Assembly: GCA_963845755.1 (NCBI GenBank)
Contig: CAWJTV010000005.1
Span: 32,001-96,000 of the forward strand
DNA length: 64,000 bases
Source of the DNA: an uncultured Planctomycetota bacterium
Lineage (GTDB): Bacteria > Planctomycetota > Planctomycetia > Isosphaerales > Isosphaeraceae
Direction: 5' to 3'
The notes under the pieces were generated by a model. That model saw only the letters and a list, made by a program, of their open reading frames with translations, made no database searches and was not told the origin of the DNA. The position numbers and the translations under genes are program-made. This document shows positions 10,399 to 21,785 of this stretch, piece after piece (position 1 is the first letter of the stretch; each line of letters begins with the position of its first letter).

Positions 10399-11315
10399 AT
10401 GAGCGGGTCGAGTAGCGAGGGCCAAGCCTTGGAGCAACAGGGGACGGTGGCGGTCATCGGCGTCGGACTGATCGGAGGCTCGATCGGCCTGGCGCTCCGG
10501 TCGCGGAAGATCGCTTCCGAGGTCATCGGAGTGGGACGCGATCCGGCGACCCTCGAGCAGGCGGTCCGGCTCGGTGCCATCGACCGGGGCACGACCGAGG
10601 TTCGAGAAGGCGTGGCTGCCGCGAATATTGTACTGATCTGCACGCCGGTTAACCGGGTAGCGGACGATGTTCGGCGCGCTTCCGAGGGCGCACGGGCCGA
10701 CGTGCTGATCATGGACGTGGGCAGCACGAAGCGGCAGATCGTCGAGGCCGTGGAGCGCCAGGCGCGGGCGGCGTCGATGTTCGTGGGTGCCCACCCGATC
10801 GCCGGTTCGGAACGCCGAGGCGTGGCCAACGCCCGCGCCGAGCTGTTCGAGGGTCGCCCTTGCGTCTTGACGTCCACGCCGCACACCCGCGCCGAACGGT
10901 TCGGCGCGCCCGGACCTTCTGGACGGCCGTCGGCTGCCGGGTACTGGAAATGGGGCCTGCCGAGCACGACGAGATCCTCGCTTATACCAGCCACCTTCCA
11001 CACGCGATCGCCGCCGCGCTTGCGTCGTCCGTGCCGTCCGACTGGCTCCCCCTGGCCGCGGGCGCATTCCGTGACGGCACGCGGGTCGCCGCCGCCGACA
11101 CTGGGCTGTGGACCGCCATCTTTCGGGAGAACCGGGGGTCCTTGTTGAAAGCCCTCGATTCGCTCCAGGATCGACTGGCCCACTTCAAGTATGCCTTGAT
11201 GACGGATGACGAGGAGGCCATCCGACATTGGTGGGACCAGGCCAAACAGCGTCGCGATGTGTTTGACTCCTTGAGTCTCGAAAGAGATTCTCCGAGAACC
11301 AAGTCGGGTGGGTGA
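10399..11315 (+). CDS. tyrA: Prephenate/arogenate dehydrogenase (frame break near 10895)
   Basis: [27 protein letters not shown] in the first frame; [13 protein letters not shown] and FRDGTRVA in the second. Confidence 0.88.
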
Positions 11316-11362
11316 GACCGCCCGAGAAGCCGACCGTTCCCGGTGGGTTTCACGCAGACTAC
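11305..11362. repeat. Degenerate REP pair (GGGTGAAACCCACC family)
   Basis: GGGTGGGTGAGACCGCCC ... GGTGGGTTTCACGCAGACTAC, similar to copies at 48300-48462. Confidence 0.45.
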
Positions 11363-11398
11363 CAATACAAAGACTCGAGGACCCGAGAGTCAATCTCC

Positions 11399-14279
11399 AT
11401 GCTCTGGCACATCGAGATCGAACCGGTCGATCGGCATTCCGATCATGTCGGCGAACGACTGGCTACCGAGGCCGAAGAACTCGGCCTGGCCGGGCCCTGG
11501 ACGATCCGGGCCAGCCGGGGCTTCCTGGTCGAGGGGGACCTCTCGGAGGCGGCACTCGGGCGCACGGCGACGGAGATCCTGAGCGATCCGGTCGTCGAGA
11601 CCGCCACGCTCCGCCCAGTGCCATCGCGCATCGACGGAGCGTCCGCCGCCGTGTACGTGCTGCCGAAGCCCGGAGTGACCGATCCCGAGGCGGAGAGTGC
11701 CTGGGCGCTCTTGAGAGACCTGGGTCACGCGGTGACCAACGTCCGCACGATCCGGACCTATCGGATTGATGGGCCCGCGGATCGCCTGCCCCGCCTGATC
11801 GATCGACTGCTGGCCAATGACGCCGTCGATCAGGCCGTCGTTGGCGACCTGGCGATCGATCATCTCGGCCAGGGCCACTCCTACCGCTTCCGCCGGGAAG
11901 AAGTGCCAATGCGCGGGCTCGACGACGACGCACTTCGGGAGCTGAGCCGATCGGGACAGCTCTCGTTGAGCCTCGCCGAGATGAGAGCGATCCAGCAACA
12001 CTTCGCGGCGATCGGCCGTGACCCCACCGACTGCGAGCTCGAGACCCTCGCCCAGACCTGGAGCGAGCATTGTTCTCACAAGACCCTGAAGGGGCGAATC
12101 GCGTTCGAGGGCCGGACGATCGACAACCTCCTGAAGGAGACGATCTTCCGCGCCACGCGGGAACTGGCCTGCGACTGGCTGGTGAGCGTCTTCAGCGATA
12201 ACGCCGGGATCATCCGATTCGATGAGGAACACGACGTCTGCTTCAAGGTCGAGACCCACAACCACCCTTCGGCCATCGATCCTTACGGCGGTTCGAACAC
12301 TGGCCTGGGCGGCGTGATCCGCGACGCGTTGGGGACCGGACTCGGGGCGAAGCCGATCTGCAACACGGATGTCTTTTGCGTGGCCTCGCCCGGATGGAAT
12401 CCGGAACAGCTCCCGGCCGGGGTGCTTCACCCGAAGCGCGTCCTCAAAGGGGTGGTTGCCGGCGTGCGCGACTACGGCAACCGCATGGGAATCCCCACGG
12501 TGAACGGGGCGCTCGCGGTGGATCCCGGCTACCTTTCCAACCCGCTGGTCTTCTGCGGGACCGTCGGGGTCCTGCCCCGTGGCATGTCGAGTAAGCACGT
12601 CAAGCCGGGCGACCGGATCATCGCCGTGGGCGGGCGTACGGGGCGAGATGGGATCCACGGAGCCACCTTCAGCTCGGCCGAGCTGACCGCCGAGAGTGAG
12701 AGCGTTTCGGGCGGAGCGGTCCAGATCGGCAACGCCATCACCGAGAAGATGGTCCTGGACGTGATCGTCCAGGCGCGCGATCAGGGCCTGTTCCACGCGA
12801 TCACCGACTGCGGTGCCGGCGGCTTCAGCTCGGCCATCGGCGAGATGGGGGCCGACCTCGGAGCCGATGTCGAGCTGAGCCGGGCCCCGCTCAAGTACGC
12901 GGGACTGTCTTACACGGAGATCTGGATCTCCGAAGCCCAGGAACGCATGGTCCTGGCCGTCCCGGACGACCGATGGCCGGCGCTCGAGGCGTTGTGCCGG
13001 CAGGAAGGGGTGGAGGCGACCGACCTCGGCCGGTTCGTCGAGACCGGCCGGCTGACCCTTCGCTATCAGGGTGAGGTCGTCGGTGACCTGTCGATGCAAT
13101 TCCTTCACGATGGACGGCCCACCGTCGTCCGCGAGGCGACCTGGTCGCCGGTCGAGGAGCGGGCATCGAGCCAACCGGCCAGGATGAATTCACGGCCGAC
13201 CTGATCGCCATCCTCCAGCATGGGGACGTCTGTAGCAAGGAATGGATCGTCCGGCAGTATGACCACGAGGTCCAGGCGCGGACGGTCGTCAAGCCGCTCG
13301 TGGGCTCGTGCGATGACGGGCCCGGCGACGCGGCCGTCGTCCTGCCCATGCGCAGGTTAACGCGCGGTCTGGCGGTCGCCTGCGGGATCAATCCGCGCTT
13401 CGGCAAGATCGACCCCTACGCCATGGCCGGCTGCGTGATCGATGAGGCCGTCCGCAACTGCGTGGCGGTGGGCGCCGATCCGTCGCGCATCGCGATCCTG
13501 GACAACTTCTGCTGGGGGAACACCGAGCGGCCTGAGACGCTCGGCTCCCTGGTCCGCGCCGCGCAAGCCTGCCACGACATCTCGCTGGCCTATGGAACCC
13601 CCTTCATCTCGGGCAAGGACAGTCTCAACAATGAATTCACTCACGACGGGCGGAGCCTGTCAATTCCCCCGACGCTGCTGATCAGCGCCATCGGGATCGT
13701 GCCCGACATTCGCACTTGCGTGACGATGGACCTCAAGGAAGAAGGAAACCTGTTGTACGTCCTGGGGACGACCCACCGCGAGCTCGGCGGCTCGCTCTGG
13801 TCGGAGGTTCGTCGACGGCCCGGGGGCCGCGTACCTCGGGTCGATCCCGATCGAGGACCGCGCCTCTTCCGGGCCCTCCATGCGGCGATCTCGGACGGCC
13901 TCGTCCGGAGCTGCCACGACCTGAGCGAGGGAGGTCTGGCGGTCGCCCTGGCGGAGATGGCGCTGGCCGGGGGTCTCGGGGCCTGGATCTCGCTGGGTCC
14001 GGCACCCCGCGAGGACGACGCCTCCGAGGATCACGTCCTCCTCTTCTCGGAATCCGCCACCCGCTTCCTGCTGGAGGTGCGGCCCGGGAATGCCGGAGTG
14101 CTCGAGCGCGACCTCGCCGGGCTCCCGCTCGGCCGGCTCGGCACGGTCACGCACGTGGATTCCGGCGCGGGCATGCCCGCGCCCGTTTGATCATCGAGGG
14201 ACTCGACGGGAAGACGATCGTCAACGCCCTGGTGGATGACCTGAAGACCGCCTGGCAGATGCCTTTACGATGGCCCTGA
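11399..14279 (+). CDS. purL: Phosphoribosylformylglycinamidine synthase PurL with N-terminal PurS-like extension (frame breaks near 13180 and 14185)
   Basis: [64 protein letters not shown]. Confidence 0.93.
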
Positions 14280-14340
14280 CCCGGCGCCGGTCGGGGACCG
14301 CGTAAATGGCCCGGCCGGAGGAAGGAGATCGCATGGAACT

Positions 14341-15216
14341 ATGGATTTTGGAGACCTACGTACATTTTCATTGAAGGACCCGATGATGCTTCGTTTCGTG
14401 ACATTCGTGGATGGTTCGAATCTGGATGGTGTACTTAAACATTTAAATTTACGGGTTGATGATTATGGCGCGTTTTATCGCCATGTCTTCGAACAGAGCG
14501 TCCATTACTGGGGCCGGACGTTCGCGGAGGGTGCGCGATGGCCCACCGCCCAGCATTCCCGGATCTACTGGTACGTTGTGGGCAAGATGGACGAGTGGGA
14601 CCTGAACGACCCCAAGGCGGAGGCGCGGCTACGGGCTCGGTTCGAGATGAACCCGCGGTTGCGCGATGCCTATATCGAGGACGCGAGCCGCCGCAATCCC
14701 GACCTGTCCATGGACCGGCGCATCGACGAGGCCTGGAACCTCTGCTTCAACGAGACGCGCGAGTGGTATGAGGGGAAGCGGCGCGCCCTCGAGCGGAAGA
14801 AGCGGTTCTACCACGGCGTCCAGGCCGCGACCGACTTCGTCGAGATCCGTCAAGAAGGACACTGGAAGGTCGATCTGCTGCATCATACCGTCAACGAGAA
14901 GGGGCTCGACACCAGCCTGGCGGTCAACATGGTCGCGCTCCAGGAGACCTACGACATCGCCTTGCTGATTTCCGGGGACGCCGACGGAATCCCCGGTATC
15001 AATTACGTCAAGAGCCGCTCGAAGCATGTCGGAGTGGCCGAGTTCCGCCGTGGCTCGCCGGCCGACTTCCCCGCCAAGGGAACGTCGTCGCGGCTCAAAA
15101 TCGCGGCGGACTTCGTCGTCCAGGTCTACGAGTCGGAACTGCTGAGGCGGAACCTCGCCTATCGTTCCGAGTCGGACTTTGGATCCCAGTTCGGTCCCAC
15201 CGAGGCGCCTTACTAA
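14341..15216 (+). CDS. NYN (LabA/DUF88-like, PIN-fold) domain protein; start may be 14383
   Basis: FVDGSNL, EKGLDTSLAV, LLISGDAD, LKIAADFVV. Confidence 0.85.
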   Translation: MDFGDLRTFSLKDPMMLRFVTFVDGSNLDGVLKHLNLRVDDYGAFYRHVFEQSVHYWGRTFAEGARWPTAQHSRIYWYVVGKMDEWDLNDPKAEARLRARFEMNPRLRDAYIEDASRRNPDLSMDRRIDEAWNLCFNETREWYEGKRRALERKKRFYHGVQAATDFVEIRQEGHWKVDLLHHTVNEKGLDTSLAVNMVALQETYDIALLISGDADGIPGINYVKSRSKHVGVAEFRRGSPADFPAKGTSSRLKIAADFVVQVYESELLRRNLAYRSESDFGSQFGPTEAPY

Positions 15217-15225
15217 CGCTTCTCG

Positions 15226-15331
15226 TAGCGGTCAGTAGTCGGTGGTCAGTGGTCAGGAACGAAGAGTCATCGAGTCGCTTTCTTCATTCTTCCTCATCCC
15301 CACCGACCACCGACCACCGACCCATGACCAC
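15226..15331. repeat. Inverted heptamer repeats (GGTCAGT/GGTCGGT versus GACCACC)
   Basis: GGTCAGTAGTCGGTGGTCAGTGGTCAG ... CCACCGACCACCGACCACCGACC, able to form a long hairpin between the NYN gene and purQ. Confidence 0.75.
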
Positions 15332-15341
15332 AGGGGCAAAC

Positions 15342-16126
15342 ATGGCACGACCACGTGCGATCGTCCTGCGAGCACCAGGCACCAATTGCGACGAGGAGAC
15401 AGCCGCCGCGTGGGATCGGGCGGGTGCCGATGTCGAGACCTGGCATGTCGGCCGATTGATCGAGTCGCCGAGCGGTCTCGATCGCTTCCAGATCCTGACG
15501 ATCCCGGGGGGGTTCTCCTACGGAGACGACCTCGGCGCCGGCCGGATCCTGGCTACCCGGCTGGGCACGGTCCTGAGCGACGCGCTGCGGCGGTTTCACG
15601 ACCGCGGCAGCTTGATCCTGGGAATCTGTAACGGGTTCCAGGTGCTGGTCCGCAGCGGTCTCCTGCCCGGAGGGAGTGCACCGTGCCCGGCGACGCTCGC
15701 CCGGAATGAGTCGGGACGGTTCGAGGCCCGTTGGGTGTGCCTTGCTACGCGCCGGGGATCTCCCCGTTTGTCTCATCCCGGCTCTCCACGACGATCGAGC
15801 TCCCTGTGGCTCACGGCGAGGGGCGCTTCGTGACCCGTCATCGTGCCGACCTCGACGCGATGGATGATGCCGGGCAGATCGTCCTGGTGTATGCCGACCA
15901 GGCGGGCCGCCCCACCGACGAGTATCCGGCGAACCCTAACGGCTCGGTCCGGGCCATTGCCGGCATTTGTGATCCCACGGGACGGATCTTCGGATTGATG
16001 CCCCATCCGGAACGATTCATCGATCCCTGGCACCATCCTCGATGGACGAGGCGCGATGGCCCGCTACCCGACCACGGCGACGGTCTGGGCATCTTCGCCG
16101 GTGCCGTTGAAGCCCTGCGCGGATGA
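15342..16126 (+). CDS. purQ: Phosphoribosylformylglycinamidine synthase subunit PurQ (frame break near 15750)
   Basis: APGTNCD, PGGFSYGDDLGAG, LGICNGFQ, AHGEG, NPNGS, GLMPHPER. Confidence 0.93.
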
Positions 16127-16252
16127 GCGAAGATCGCGCTCGAACGGATTCTCATCCGCCAGCCGGCCGATTCTTGGAAAATTTGGACTTGGAAGAGTCG
16201 GCCAATCCGGGTTTACTTCGGGCATTCTGCCAGGAGTACCGGAGGGTGACCC

Positions 16253-17857
16253 ATGGAAGGCGTCTTGGACGGTGCGAGGACCGCTGCGGTGTCGAGCCGT
16301 GGGGGGTCGCAAGTCGCGAATCAGAATCTGGCGACAACCTACTATCAGCACGCCGAGCTGTTCCTGCGGCGTCAACAGTTTGCCGAGGCGGAATCGCTCT
16401 TGCAGGAGGCGTTTCGACTCCGGCCGAACGATCCGGACATCATGAATAAGCTGGGCTCAGCCTTCTGGGAACTCGGCCGGCCCACGGAGGCCGAGCCGTT
16501 GTTCAGCCGTGCGCATGGGCTCCGACCCGAGGATGCGGAGATCCTGAACAACCTGGGACTGGCGCGCTGGGACCTGGGGCGGCCCGGCGACGCGGCCGAG
16601 TGTTATCGGCAAGCACTGGAGATCCACCCGGACTCGATCGATGCCCGGATGAACCTTGGCGTTGTCCTGTCCGACCTGGGGCAATTCGACGAGGCCCTGG
16701 AATGGCTTCGTGGCGTGGTTCGGCTACGGCCTGACCTCGCCGATGGATTGCAGAACCTCGGTATGACCCTCGCCCGGCTGGGGAGGTGGGACGAGGCGTT
16801 GGAGTACTACGATCGCGCCTTGAGTTTCAGTCCGCAGTATGCCGAAATCCACCGCAATCGGGCTTATGCCCGGCTCTATCTCGGAGATTTCGAGCGCGGC
16901 TGGCCGGAGCACGAGTGGCGACTGAAATGCCGCAGGCATCTCGGTTTTCGGGTCGATCGGCCGTGCTGGAACGGTGAGAGCCTGCCGGGTAAGATCATCG
17001 TCCTGCATTTCGAGCAAGGCTACGGGGATACCCTCCAGTTCATCCGGTTCGCTCCGCTGGTCAAGGAGCGAGTCGGCCTGGTCGTGGTGCTCTGCCAGAC
17101 ACGGTTGCTCCGGATCATCTCTCGCGTCCCGGGAGTCAACCTGGCCTTCGATGGTTCGACCGAGTCACCGAACTGCCACGTACATGCGTCGCTCATGAGC
17201 CTGCCGGCCATCTTTCGGACCACGATGGCGACGGTTCCGTGCCGCATTCCTTACCTCTCCAACGATCCAATCCTGTTGCAGCGCTGGGAATCGTCACTGG
17301 CCGAAGCGATCGGGATCGGGGAGACCCGTGCGGAAGGTACGTGGGAGCCGTCCGGCGGCGGACGGCGGAGAAAGCCCTTCCTGATCGGCGTCGCCTGGCA
17401 AGGGAGTCCAACCCACCTGAACGATCACTGGCGATCGTTCCCGCTCGCGAAGCTGGCTCCCCTGGCAAATCTACCGGGGGTCCGGCTGGTCAGCCTCCAA
17501 GCCGATCACGGCCTGGATCAGATTCCTTCGTTTCCAGGGCGGCTGCCGGTTATCGAACTCAAGAGCAACCGTCCCCGCGACTTCCTCGATACGGCGGCGA
17601 TCGTGAGTCAACTTGATCTCGTCGTCACTCCCGATACGGCGGTCGCGCACCTCGCGGGCGGCCTTGGTGTTCCCGTCTGGAATGCGCTCTCCACGGTGGC
17701 CGAATGGCGCTGGATGCTCGACCGGGCGGACAGTCCGTGGTATCCCACGATGCGGCTGTTCCGTCAGACCCAGCTCGGCGACTGGGACGACGTCTTCAAT
17801 CGCATGGCGAGAGCCCTCGAAGTGGAGTTGGAGCGGCGTGCGGCGTCCGCAGCCTGA
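16253..17857 (+). CDS. TPR-repeat protein with C-terminal GT9-like glycosyltransferase domain
   Basis: Several TPRs, then EQGYGDTLQFIRF, IGVAWQG, DTAVAHLAGGLG, DSPWYPTMRLFRQ. Confidence 0.88.
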   Translation: MEGVLDGARTAAVSSRGGSQVANQNLATTYYQHAELFLRRQQFAEAESLLQEAFRLRPNDPDIMNKLGSAFWELGRPTEAEPLFSRAHGLRPEDAEILNNLGLARWDLGRPGDAAECYRQALEIHPDSIDARMNLGVVLSDLGQFDEALEWLRGVVRLRPDLADGLQNLGMTLARLGRWDEALEYYDRALSFSPQYAEIHRNRAYARLYLGDFERGWPEHEWRLKCRRHLGFRVDRPCWNGESLPGKIIVLHFEQGYGDTLQFIRFAPLVKERVGLVVVLCQTRLLRIISRVPGVNLAFDGSTESPNCHVHASLMSLPAIFRTTMATVPCRIPYLSNDPILLQRWESSLAEAIGIGETRAEGTWEPSGGGRRRKPFLIGVAWQGSPTHLNDHWRSFPLAKLAPLANLPGVRLVSLQADHGLDQIPSFPGRLPVIELKSNRPRDFLDTAAIVSQLDLVVTPDTAVAHLAGGLGVPVWNALSTVAEWRWMLDRADSPWYPTMRLFRQTQLGDWDDVFNRMARALEVELERRAASAA

Positions 17858-17983
17858 TCGGAGAATTGCACACGGGCCAGTAGCGTGGTCTGCGAGGACC
17901 GATCCGCGTCGCGGGCCCTACACAGTGCTCACGGTGCGCCCTACTTTACCGTCTTGAGGCTGGTGTGCCGCGTTGGGTCAGAA

Positions 17984-18940
17984 CTACGGTACCGCCGGCA
18001 GGAATTCGTCGATGAACTTCACCACGGCCTTGTCGATCTCGTTCCCTCCGACATGATATATGTCGTTGTGATCGGCCTCGTCGATCCAGAGGATCGTGAC
18101 CGGGCCTTTGGCTGCCGCGGCCAATCGCTGCCCCATCTCGAAGGGGACGATCCGGTCGCGTCGGCCGTGGCCGATCAAGATCGGGCATTGAATCCGGGAG
18201 ATCTTGCGCAGGTTGTCGAAGCGATGCCGCAGGAGCAGTGACACGGGCAGGAAAGGGGTCATGCGACGGCCCATGTCGACCCCGCTGGTGAACGCGGAGA
18301 GTACGACGAGGCCGGCGACCGGCTTGCGGTCGGCCAGGTCGATGGCCACGGCGCCGCCGAGCGACCATCCGCCCGCCACGATTCGTGAAGGCGGGACGCC
18401 GCGTTTCGAGACCAGGTAATCATAGGCGGCATCGGCCGTCGCTTGACAGCCCCGCTCCGAAGGACTGCCCCCGCTCATGCCGTATCCGACATAGTCGGGG
18501 ATCAGGACGTTGAGACCCAGACGCCGAAATCGATCGAAGTCCTCCATGGCGTACTTCAAACACATGGCATTGCCATAGAAATAGATCAGCGTGGGACGTG
18601 CGACGGCCTCGGGATCCGGCCGGCCCTCGGCCGTGAGTGCCGGACCGAACAGGGCGACGATGGGCTCACCTTGTTGGGACTCGAGGCGAAGCAATTCTGT
18701 ACCCGGCCGTGGGCGGATCCGGGCGAACTCCTGACCCTGGGTCTCGTGGCCCGGGAAGATCAACCGTGTCTGGAAGGAGAAGAGCAATGTGAGATAACCC
18801 AGGTAAGACAGGGAGGCAATTCGTACCATCCTCATGATCCGTTTCCTCCATCGAGAAAGGAGGGGGCGCGATCGTGTGGGGGCGTGCGGCTCGGTTCCGG
18901 GCGAATCGGGATGGGATCGTTCCTGCACGACGTCGCTCAT
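17984..18940 (-). CDS. Alpha/beta hydrolase (ABHD/Bem46-like), membrane-anchored
   Basis: YFYGNA, DYVGYGMS, GWSLGG nucleophile elbow, HGRRDRIVP, ADHND. Confidence 0.85.
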   Translation of the reverse strand: MSDVVQERSHPDSPGTEPHAPTRSRPLLSRWRKRIMRMVRIASLSYLGYLTLLFSFQTRLIFPGHETQGQEFARIRPRPGTELLRLESQQGEPIVALFGPALTAEGRPDPEAVARPTLIYFYGNAMCLKYAMEDFDRFRRLGLNVLIPDYVGYGMSGGSPSERGCQATADAAYDYLVSKRGVPPSRIVAGGWSLGGAVAIDLADRKPVAGLVVLSAFTSGVDMGRRMTPFLPVSLLLRHRFDNLRKISRIQCPILIGHGRRDRIVPFEMGQRLAAAAKGPVTILWIDEADHNDIYHVGGNEIDKAVVKFIDEFLPAVP

Positions 18941-19135
18941 GGCGGGGCTTTCGCAGGGGGCGCAGGCGATCGACCCGTGCGCGGGTGAGGTCCCTCGTGC
19001 GCCGGGTCGGATCGGAGTGAAACCCATGCACTTACAGTCGATGCCTCGGGATGAGATGACTCCGGATGCGTTCAGATCAAGAAGCAGCTCGGGAAGACGG
19101 GAACCTGTAAGGAACGGCTGAGGACAGCCGCCGCA

Positions 19136-19786
19136 TCAAAGACCGCTGCCGAAGGGTGATGAATCGCCGCGATGATGGTGGTCGGATCCGACGCTTTCCG
19201 ACGCTGGCTCCTTGCGAGCGGAGAGATGGGGCCCCCGAAGCACGGACTGGCCGCCGCGGGCATGATGAGTGTGGCCCCGAAGGGGCCCGCGACGCAGGGG
19301 CGGCTCGCTGGAGGCCGAGATCGGTGGGGCGGCATGCGGGTCGTACTGCAGGTCGAACTCGTCGCTCTCGTATTCGTCGTACCTCGAGACGTAGCCGGGC
19401 ATCTTGGATCGTTCGAGCTCTTCGGCGTAGGAGGCCAGGACGGCCCCCTGGATCTTCTCGCGACACATCGAGTTGATCGGATGGGCGATGTCGGCATGGA
19501 GCTTGGCGCGCCCGTCGGCGTCACGCAGGGCACGATTCTCGTCCAGTCGGCAACCGCACTGGTTGCAGAAGCGGCTGCGAAGGTGATTCTTCGTGCCACA
19601 GTTGTGGCAGCGATCGGTCAGCTTTCGCGACGGCATCGCCACGAAGAATCCCTTGGCGCCTTCGATGATTTTCAAGTCGCGGATGACGAACATGTCGTCA
19701 AACGTGATACTGCAAAAGGCTTGCAACCGTTCGTTGCTGCCCGAGTTGTCTTCCATGAGCTTGATGCGGACTTCAGTGATCTCCAC
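19136..19786 (-). CDS. spoVG: SpoVG family nucleic-acid-binding protein with zinc-ribbon insertion
   Basis: EITEVRIKL...[21 protein letters not shown]...FVAMPSRK...DIAHPIN; AGGAG upstream of the GTG start. Confidence 0.92.
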   Translation of the reverse strand: MEITEVRIKLMEDNSGSNERLQAFCSITFDDMFVIRDLKIIEGAKGFFVAMPSRKLTDRCHNCGTKNHLRSRFCNQCGCRLDENRALRDADGRAKLHADIAHPINSMCREKIQGAVLASYAEELERSKMPGYVSRYDEYESDEFDLQYDPHAAPPISASSEPPLRRGPLRGHTHHARGGQSVLRGPHLSARKEPASESVGSDHHHRGDSSPFGSGL

Positions 19787-19816
19787 AGCCGTACTCCTTT
19801 ACGAGGCGTTCGCTGC

Positions 19817-20695
19817 TCAGGGGCCGCAGGTCACGACCCGGACCCATCCTAGTCCGAGAGGTTGAAGGATCTTCGCGGCTTGTTGGGCCGCGACCGAACT
19901 GCGGCACAGCCCGAAATAGGCCGAGCCACTGCCACTCATCGAGGACCCGTCGAGCAACGGGCCCAGGTCCGCCAGGGCGTTTCGAACCCGAAGCAATTCG
20001 GGCCGCATCGCCTCGGCAAACGGTTGGAGGCGGTTGAACAGGCGTGGTCCCAGGTCGGGTGGTCCACCGTTCGCCAGCGCCTCCAGAACGGATCTGGCCG
20101 ACTGGGGCGAGTTGGGGGGAACCACGCGACGATAGACGTCGGCCGTGCTCATGCCGACTGCCGGACAAACCAGGACAAAGTGATAGTGATCGTTAAGCGG
20201 CACCGCCTCCACCTGCTCGCCCCGACCGCGACAGACCGCGGCGGGGACATGATTGAAGAAGGAGACATCGCTGCCGATCTCCGCCGCCAGGGCATCCAAC
20301 CGCGGACCGGAGATCTTCAGATCCCAGACCCGATCGAGTCCGGCCAGGGTTGCCGCGGCATCGCTCGAGCCTCCGGCCAGCCCGGCCTGGGCCGGGATCG
20401 CCTTGATTAACTCGATCTCCGCTCCGCGCCGACACCCGGTCGCCACCCTCAGCCGATCGGCCGCCTGGATCACCAGATTGTCGCTGCCGACCGGTAAGGT
20501 CGGATCGTTGCACCTCAGGCGGATCTCGCCCGACGGCTCGTCCCGGATCGTCAGGGTATCGTACAGGTTCACGGCGACCATCACACTCTCGATCTGGTGA
20601 TAGCCATCCGGCCTACGTCCCACGACCTCCAGAAACAGGTTTAACTTCGCCGGTGCGAGGATCTCCACGCCGCCAGCGATCGAACGAATGATCAT
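19817..20695 (-). CDS. ispE: 4-diphosphocytidyl-2-C-methyl-D-erythritol kinase
   Basis: APAKLNLFL, KAIPAQAGLAGGSSDAA, GSDV, MSGSGS. Confidence 0.95.
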   Translation of the reverse strand: MIIRSIAGGVEILAPAKLNLFLEVVGRRPDGYHQIESVMVAVNLYDTLTIRDEPSGEIRLRCNDPTLPVGSDNLVIQAADRLRVATGCRRGAEIELIKAIPAQAGLAGGSSDAAATLAGLDRVWDLKISGPRLDALAAEIGSDVSFFNHVPAAVCRGRGEQVEAVPLNDHYHFVLVCPAVGMSTADVYRRVVPPNSPQSARSVLEALANGGPPDLGPRLFNRLQPFAEAMRPELLRVRNALADLGPLLDGSSMSGSGSAYFGLCRSSVAAQQAAKILQPLGLGWVRVVTCGP

Positions 20696-21009
20696 AAGAC
20701 CCAGCCCTCGAGCCGGCTCGGGCGTGGTGGGAACCCCATCTCACCACGAAACGACTCGAGAATAACACGAACACTTCCCTCATGAAACCGGTGCTGATCG
20801 ACGATCCGCTTCCTTGCGTCGGCACAAGGATAACGGACGTGAGTGACGGCACATTCCTCGGGTTTGTGGGCCTCATTCTGCGGTGGTTCTATCCCGATCA
20901 GCCGATCCCTGCAAGGCCGAAAAATCTTCAAAATCGAAAAAGCTTCCCAGGTCCCGCCAGTGTTCTTCCCCGGCACGCAACGTGTTCTTTCCCAACCCGT
21001 CGCGTCCGT

Positions 21010-21528
21010 TCAGGACGGCGCCGACGAGAGTCGATCGCGGAGTGCACCCAGGCATCGACGATCCTCGATCCGGCCGAGGGCTTCCAGGCATCGCATTAAC
21101 CCATCAACGGCGTCGTAGAAAGGCCGATTTGCCGGTCGTTCGGGGGGCAATCGCCCCGAGAATGGTCGCGGCAGCGCCTTCCGGCCGAGTTCGACCGCGT
21201 AGCCGAAATGCCCGCTGGCGAGACTGGGGTCGCGGAATTCCTCGAGGGCGATCCGCCCGAGCGCGTTGTGAACCCAGAGATTGTCGTGGCAGGCGGAGAG
21301 TGCGTAGCGCAGGGCGTCGCGTGCGGCCTCCGGGTCTCCGGCCTTCCAGATCTCCAGACCTTCCTCGTAGTCGAGCTCGGTCTCCTGGACCCCCCTGGGA
21401 TGAACCAACTCGAAGTCATTCCCTCCAACCCGCGCCAGGCGAATCGATCCGGGCTTCTGCCGCGGTCGCCGGGACGGTGGCCGGCCCTCTTGCCGCGCCG
21501 GTCGTCCGTCGGCGCGGTTTGTCGTCAT
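21010..21528 (-). CDS. Hypothetical protein with a TPR-like helical region
   Basis: Coding-like helical sequence (EAARDALRYALSACHDNLWVHNALGRIA...HFGYAVELG); GGGA upstream. Confidence 0.65.
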   Translation of the reverse strand: MTTNRADGRPARQEGRPPSRRPRQKPGSIRLARVGGNDFELVHPRGVQETELDYEEGLEIWKAGDPEAARDALRYALSACHDNLWVHNALGRIALEEFRDPSLASGHFGYAVELGRKALPRPFSGRLPPERPANRPFYDAVDGLMRCLEALGRIEDRRCLGALRDRLSSAPS

Positions 21529-21785
21529 CCCGCCGTCCCATCCCGTTCATCGCGAAGCCGCCTCTCCTCGGGGATGAATCTCAGTTGCAAGAACCACGCT
21601 ATCCCAATGACGCTAATCGGCTTCGTCCCGGCTTGCAAGCGATCTCCAGGACGTCATTGGAGATTGGGCCTCCACCGCGAGCGTCGAGGGGCGGCGCGAG
21701 GACGTCCCTTCGGCGTAACCTTAATCATCTGGAGGGCCGAACGCCCGAGCGGGGCTCAAGGCCTAGTTTCCGAGGGCCGGCGGCC

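Noticed and set aside
11390..13174. Long antisense or alternative-frame ORFs (11390-13174, 28728-30029, 37021-38229, 52495-54156, 20883-22181 and others)
   Set aside because: Shadows of real genes in high-GC DNA, with no recognisable motifs
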